Below, one piece after another: positions 58,363 to 64,000 of a stretch of 64,000 nucleotides of DNA (its first letter is position 1; every line of letters begins with the position of its first letter). Made by a program: the position numbers and the translations under genes. The stretch comes from Amoebidium appalachense (Eukaryota > Protista > Ichthyosporea). The DNA is taken from contig CAVNZM010000010.1 in NCBI GenBank assembly GCA_963693365.1, positions 1,922,001 to 1,986,000 on the forward strand. Direction: 5' to 3'. The notes beneath the pieces were generated by a model. It worked only from the letters and a program-made list of their open reading frames with translations, did no database searches and had not been told where the DNA came from.

Positions 58363-59029
58363 CACCACCACACACACAGACACACCTGAGTTGGTCAGGC
58401 AAAGTTGGTTTGGTATAATTGAGATGATAACCGGGAATATCGTGGGAGAAATCACATCCAGGCCTGAAACTTTCTATCTAAAGGGACTTGCTCCCTGCGA
58501 TGAAATGATAGGTGAATAGGTAGTTTCAGACAAAAGTTTTTTTGTTTGTTTGTTTGTTTGTGAGGGGGGAAGGGGGGGGGGGGGGGGGGGGGGGTGGGAG
58601 AGGGGGGCAGGAGTGATGGGCACTTCCTCCACAAACAGTGCGATAATGGCCATAACAGCATATACGTGACACTGGGAGATGGTTGATAACAGACAACCAT
58701 ACACAGGTCTATAAATAGAATAGTGTGTATCATCGACGGTGGCAAAATTCAATGTGCCCTGAGGTGGTTCGCAACACCTTATGTCAATTAATAGCATGTA
58801 ATATACACCTATAGATGATGGACGGGTGATAAATATGAAATAAAGAGCATCATCGATTGCGGCAAAGACTGCCTCGTGGGCCCTATGCTTGTGTACATGC
58901 TCGTACGTAGTACCCTGGTGTTGTTTCTAAGAACGGTCTCAGTACACCGATCATATGTGGCTCACAATATTTATCTAAATAAACTTTGAAACTTTAAGGC
59001 CCCCTATAATTAAGGTGGCGTGTCTCGCC

Positions 59030-59078
<49 letters not shown>

Positions 59079-59475
59079 TTAAAACTTACGCATACACAGC
59101 ACACTACACACCCATGTCGTCGAACGGCGCGCACATAGTCGCTCACACACTCACACACTCACCCACATACTCGCAAACAAACACATACATTCAAACTGGT
59201 CAATGCACTCAAGGCTGTGCATGCACTCTGATACCATAGCACCGGGGAAAATACGCACACAAACCGTTGACACACCACACATGAATGGCCCGGCAGTCAC
59301 CCGCTTGTGCACACACAAAAACGCATGCTCTCTGTCATATATGCATGGCCGTGATATGGTTTGCCCATTCACTGATATCGATTGAAATATGGAAACGGTT
59401 GCCTTGCTTGGGACGCGTATTACAGAACTTGTTGAAGTAGTAGAAATTTATCGGTATGTGTATGTTTATGCGTGT

Positions 59476-59506
<31 letters not shown>

Positions 59507-59644
59507 GGGGCAAACCTGCCCACCGGTTAGCCAGGGGGGAGGGGGGAGGGGGGTGAGGGTGGTGAAAGCTTTTGGGGTGTTCCCGTGGGTCGTGTGTGTG
59601 TGTGTGTGATGGGGGGGGAGGGTTGGGGTGGGGGGAAGGGGGTG

Positions 59645-59680
<36 letters not shown>

Positions 59681-59745
59681 ACCTGCCCACCGGTTAGCCA
59701 GGGGGGGAGGGAGGGGGGAGGATGGTGGTGGTGGTGGTGGTGGTG

Positions 59746-59780
<35 letters not shown>

Positions 59781-59869
59781 TGGGGAGGAGGAGAGAGGGG
59801 GGGGGGGGGAGGGGGGAGAGACAGCACGTTTTCTTGCTTTCTTTCTTTTTCTTCCTTTTTTTTTTTTGA

Positions 59870-59905
<36 letters not shown>

Positions 59906-60057
59906 CCGGTCAACCTGTGTCAAGTTAAAAAAAAAAACTGGGTTATTTTTTTTTCTCCAAAAAAAAAAAAAAAGAAAAAAAAAAGAAAAAAAAGAAAAAA
60001 GGAAAGGGAAGACCTTGAATATGATAAACGGGGAACCCAATTCACGGTTGTCAAACT

Positions 60058-61002
60058 TCATTGGTTTGTAGAGTAGTCTATAGGGGAAGAAACCCCATCA
60101 TCCGACCTCCATGTATTGTACGTTATTTGATACTGCAGGGGAATATACCAAGCAAACGCCGGTGACCATGCCTCGAGTAAACAGCATAAACCCATCTCCT
60201 TCATGCCACTGAATACGGGCCGCGTGACGCGGGGGATGCAACATGGTTTTGGGAGGCACTTATTTATCAGTGACTCATAGTCGGTACCATAGTTGATAGT
60301 CGTGTTATAATAAGCACGGTATCTGCTCACCGAAGTTCAAGATGATAATAAAGACAGATCACAAACGTCACGAAAACCACAAGACCCGGCACTGAGAAAT
60401 TAAAGCTACATTAAACCAAAACGCGTGGAGGGGAAGGGGGGGGGGGGGGGGGAGGGGAGGGAGGGGGAGGGAGGGACGGAGGGAGGGAGAAGAGGTGGAA
60501 GGTGTGTGTGTGTGGGGGGAGGGGAGGGGGGGGGGGGGGGGGGAGGGGGGGACAGGGTAATTCAGGCAGAAGCCATTTGAACAGAGGCTATCATTATGGG
60601 GGTATCCCATGTGCCTCCACAAAAAATTGGTTGGGTGGAGGATTGGGATCTGCAGCTTTGAGTCAGGTGCCGGCATCAGGCCATTGGCAACAGTACATAC
60701 ATACTCTCACCAAATATTGTTGCAACAAGCTGTGAAATACACGAGAGCACAACCCCAAAAGCAGAATAAATCTGCTCGGTGCTGAGTAACTGTTTTCCAA
60801 AACTTCCCTAAATAATTCCGGCGCTTCTCACATAGCATTTTCCCGGTTTGCAGAATGATCCTGCTTCTTGCACAATAATTCTGGTCGTTTCAAGTATATT
60901 TTTTGCATCAGCAGGGTAATTTGTGAATCCTAATTTCACAGAAAGCTGGCAGGAAGCAAGACCGTGCACAAGAACAACGAGAGAGCTGAGAATTATCATC
61001 AT
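60058..61002 (-). CDS. Possible secreted Cys-containing protein (exon linkage unresolved)
   Basis: 61002-60832 encodes a signal-peptide-like MMIILSSLVVLVHGLASC... and ends at a donor (gtgaga). Downstream open segments lie at ~60650-60560 and 60323-60058, but I could not join their phases. Confidence 0.3.
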
Positions 61003-61047
61003 GTTGCATGTGTGTGCGCTGGTGTTGCATTGTCACGGATTGTGTGC

Positions 61048-61149
<102 letters not shown>

Positions 61150-61275
61150 GTGTGTGTGTGTGTGTGTGTGCGCGTGTGTGTTTGTGTGTATTTGTGTGTG
61201 TGTGTGTCTGTCGTGTGTGTGTGCGCGTGTGTGTTTGTGTGTGTGTGTGTGTGTGTGCACGTGTGACACGTCTGC

Positions 61276-61326
<51 letters not shown>

Positions 61327-61652
61327 CTGTGAGTGTGTACGTGTGTGTGTGTACCTGTGTGTGTACGTGTGTGTGTGTACCTGTGTGTGTACGTGTGTGT
61401 GTGTGTTTGTGTGTGTTTGTGTGTGTGTGTGTGTGTGTGAACGTGTGTGCGTGTGTGCGTGCGTGTGCGTGTTCGTGTAACATTTATAACTTGAACGAAT
61501 GGCTTGTGCAGGCACACACGCGCGCACGCTGGTGTGTATGAGTGTCACGGTGTGTTGTGTATTTGTGTTTTTCTGTAAGTAATGCTTGCGTTCGTGCGTT
61601 TGCGTGTTGTGTGTTTTTGTGCTGGAGTGAGCGAGTGAGCGAGTGAGTGAGT

Positions 61653-61698
<46 letters not shown>

Positions 61699-62901
61699 GC
61701 GTGTGTGCAACCGTGTGAACACGTACATATGTGCACATGCATGTGTGCTGTGTGCGTCATATGTGTGTCTGTGTCTGTGCCTGTGTGTGGGTCAAGTGTA
61801 TGGGTGGGTGCGCGAGCGTGTGCGTGTGTGTCTGCTTGTGTGTGAGTGTGTGTGCGAGTGTGTGTGTCCTAAATCTTCGCCACCCGATGCCTCCATTACA
61901 CCGGGGAACAAGTCGAGTCGGACCCACATGCATGAGGCAGACAGACTCGCCGGAAGTGCACATGCACAAAGTGGCCTCCAAAGTTTCTGTGCCCGGCCCA
62001 ACATTCAAGTGGAAGCCGCAGCATAACATCGTGACGGCATCATCCGACCCCTGATTGGCTCAACTTGGCGATAACAGCCAATCAGGTGACACATTCGCAC
62101 ATACCAGCCGCCGTCGCCGTCTGTGCTACAGTCTACCTGACCATTTCATGAAGCTTGATGAGCTACCTCTACAGAGAAAAGGAGATAGAAAGGGAAGGTT
62201 TGGCAGATATAAAAAAAAATATTAGACCTATGTGTGGCTTTGGGATTCCGAGAAATTTATGGGCACTGTCTAAGCGTATCATTGTCATGGTACTTTCAGC
62301 CGTGCTGCGGGCATTGCGTCGCGCAACGTTTACTCACAATGAGTCTCACATCAGCTGTAACATTCCAAAGGTTTATCGTTGTGACGACGTTGTCTGCGCT
62401 CCGTGATGTTTTGCGGTTAAAACTTTTTTAGCATTTAAAGTCTCGTATTACTCGTGCATTAGAATTATAGATCCTTGTAGATAACAAAGAAAGTATTTAG
62501 ATTTATCAGTGAAGTGCCGCATTCTTTTATGCACACTATAACATGGCCGCCCCGCGCGGCCCGTGCCGCTTGTAAAGACTTCCCTTTCAGTTGGATACCC
62601 GTCGCACCGTGTGTGGTCACGGAAACTCTTATTAGACTGATGTAGACAGCTTTGTTCTATTCAATTAAGTTCATAAAGCGCGCTGGACATTTTTCGTAAA
62701 CCAAGAAAGCTACAGGGCGAGAACCCTGCCGTTTCTCAATTCCACGGCATGTTGGCGTAGGTCCGATCTCAGGACGGAAACTACACCGGCTGTGTCCGAC
62801 TGAGGATAATCACTTAAAAGCAAAGTGTTTCAATGCGCATATAGCCTTCTGTTTTACAGGTGTGTGTTTGCTTTCAAGCCCCTGTAGCGGAGAAGAGGGG
62901 G

Positions 62902-62956
<55 letters not shown>

Positions 62957-63331
62957 GCTGTTGTGTTAGTCGATTCACCCAGTTACTGTGTTTTCGTATT
63001 CAAAGGCTTCTCGTTTTCCCAACATCGTCTTCTCCGTGTGACTATGTGTCTATGGTTAAAATTCTGCCCATGTTGTGGTTGTTTTTGTGTCTTCACTTTT
63101 TTTGTAGCCTGTGAGCATGCGTGCGTGAGTAGCAACACTGCCGTTTTTGCCGGACGGTCGTGCTTGTGCAGTCGGTATCGCATGCCCCAAAACTTGTTAC
63201 GGCCTATTTCCAGCCTTATGCACCCAACTCGGTTTACATCAACCTAAAGCAATCCGTACAACCTACAGGGACAACAGGGCAGAACATCCCTTAGCGTACA
63301 CCTGCTCTCCCACAACGGGAAGCACTGGAAA

Positions 63332-63452
63332 ATGGGGTACAAAGGGCCCTATTCACTGCAGATTCGCTGCCTGGCCGAGGCAGTAGCCATGGGAATGGCC
63401 ATGTTTATTGGTCTGGGCGTGGTTGCTAACGAGGTGCTGCCACGAACAAAAG
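63332..63452 (+). CDS. First or early exon of a MIP-family aquaglyceroporin (GlpF/GIP type); the gene continues beyond the window
   Basis: MGYKGPYSLQIRCLAEAVAMGMAMFIGLGVVANEVLPRTKG, then donor gtacgc. It matches the GlpF TM1 pattern AE...G.GVVAN..L..TKG. No NPA motif is visible because it would lie outside the window. Confidence 0.75.
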
Positions 63453-63627
63453 GTACGCGTTTGGTTGATGGTGGTGACGATTGGGTGAATGGGGTTTGAA
63501 GGAAGAGGGGATAGCGAGTGTGTGTTTGTGTGTGGTGTGTGTGTATGTGGGGGAGGAGGGGGAGAGGGGGGAGGGGGCACGGACATATGGATGTGTGTGT
63601 GAGTGTGTGTTGTCTCTCTCTCTCTCT

Positions 63628-63948
<321 letters not shown>

Positions 63949-64000
63949 CCGGTCGATAGGAAAGGGAGTTTGTGGGAGGGTAGTGGTGATGGTTGTGGTG

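Overview
Eukaryotic genomic DNA. It is intron-dense and rich in poly-C/poly-G runs and (CA)n/(GT)n microsatellites, so most entries in the ORF track (HTHT, CVCV, poly-P, poly-G) are low-complexity artefacts. The gene content suggests a non-animal opisthokont, possibly a unicellular holozoan, but that is inference only. By reading splice sites and reading phases by hand I reconstructed, in order: (1) the 3' part of a prominin-like gene (+, <1-2.7 kb); (2) an AT-rich intergenic island (4.2-7.5 kb) in which a non-LTR retrotransposon 3' fragment is inserted antisense into another copy of its own family, forming a long inverted repeat; (3) a complete, in-frame 44-exon CPSF1/CPSF160 gene (-, 39782-8399, ~1406 aa), including a 14-nt microexon; (4) a 473-bp tandem duplication; (5) a 5-exon Aa_trans (AVT/SLC38-like) amino-acid transporter (-, 49761-45182); (6) an unidentified multi-exon membrane-protein gene (+, ~52-58 kb); (7) a possible secreted-protein gene (-, ~60-61 kb); (8) the first exon of a GlpF/GIP-type aquaglyceroporin (+, 63332), absent from the ORF track. 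The most striking unexplained pattern is that sense-strand poly-C tracts sit directly behind many, often weak, 5' splice sites, and CA-rich tracts run into 3' splice sites. This could be a repeat-based intron-definition code. No CRISPR array, rRNA or confident tRNA was found. Protein comparisons are from recalled sequences, not database searches.
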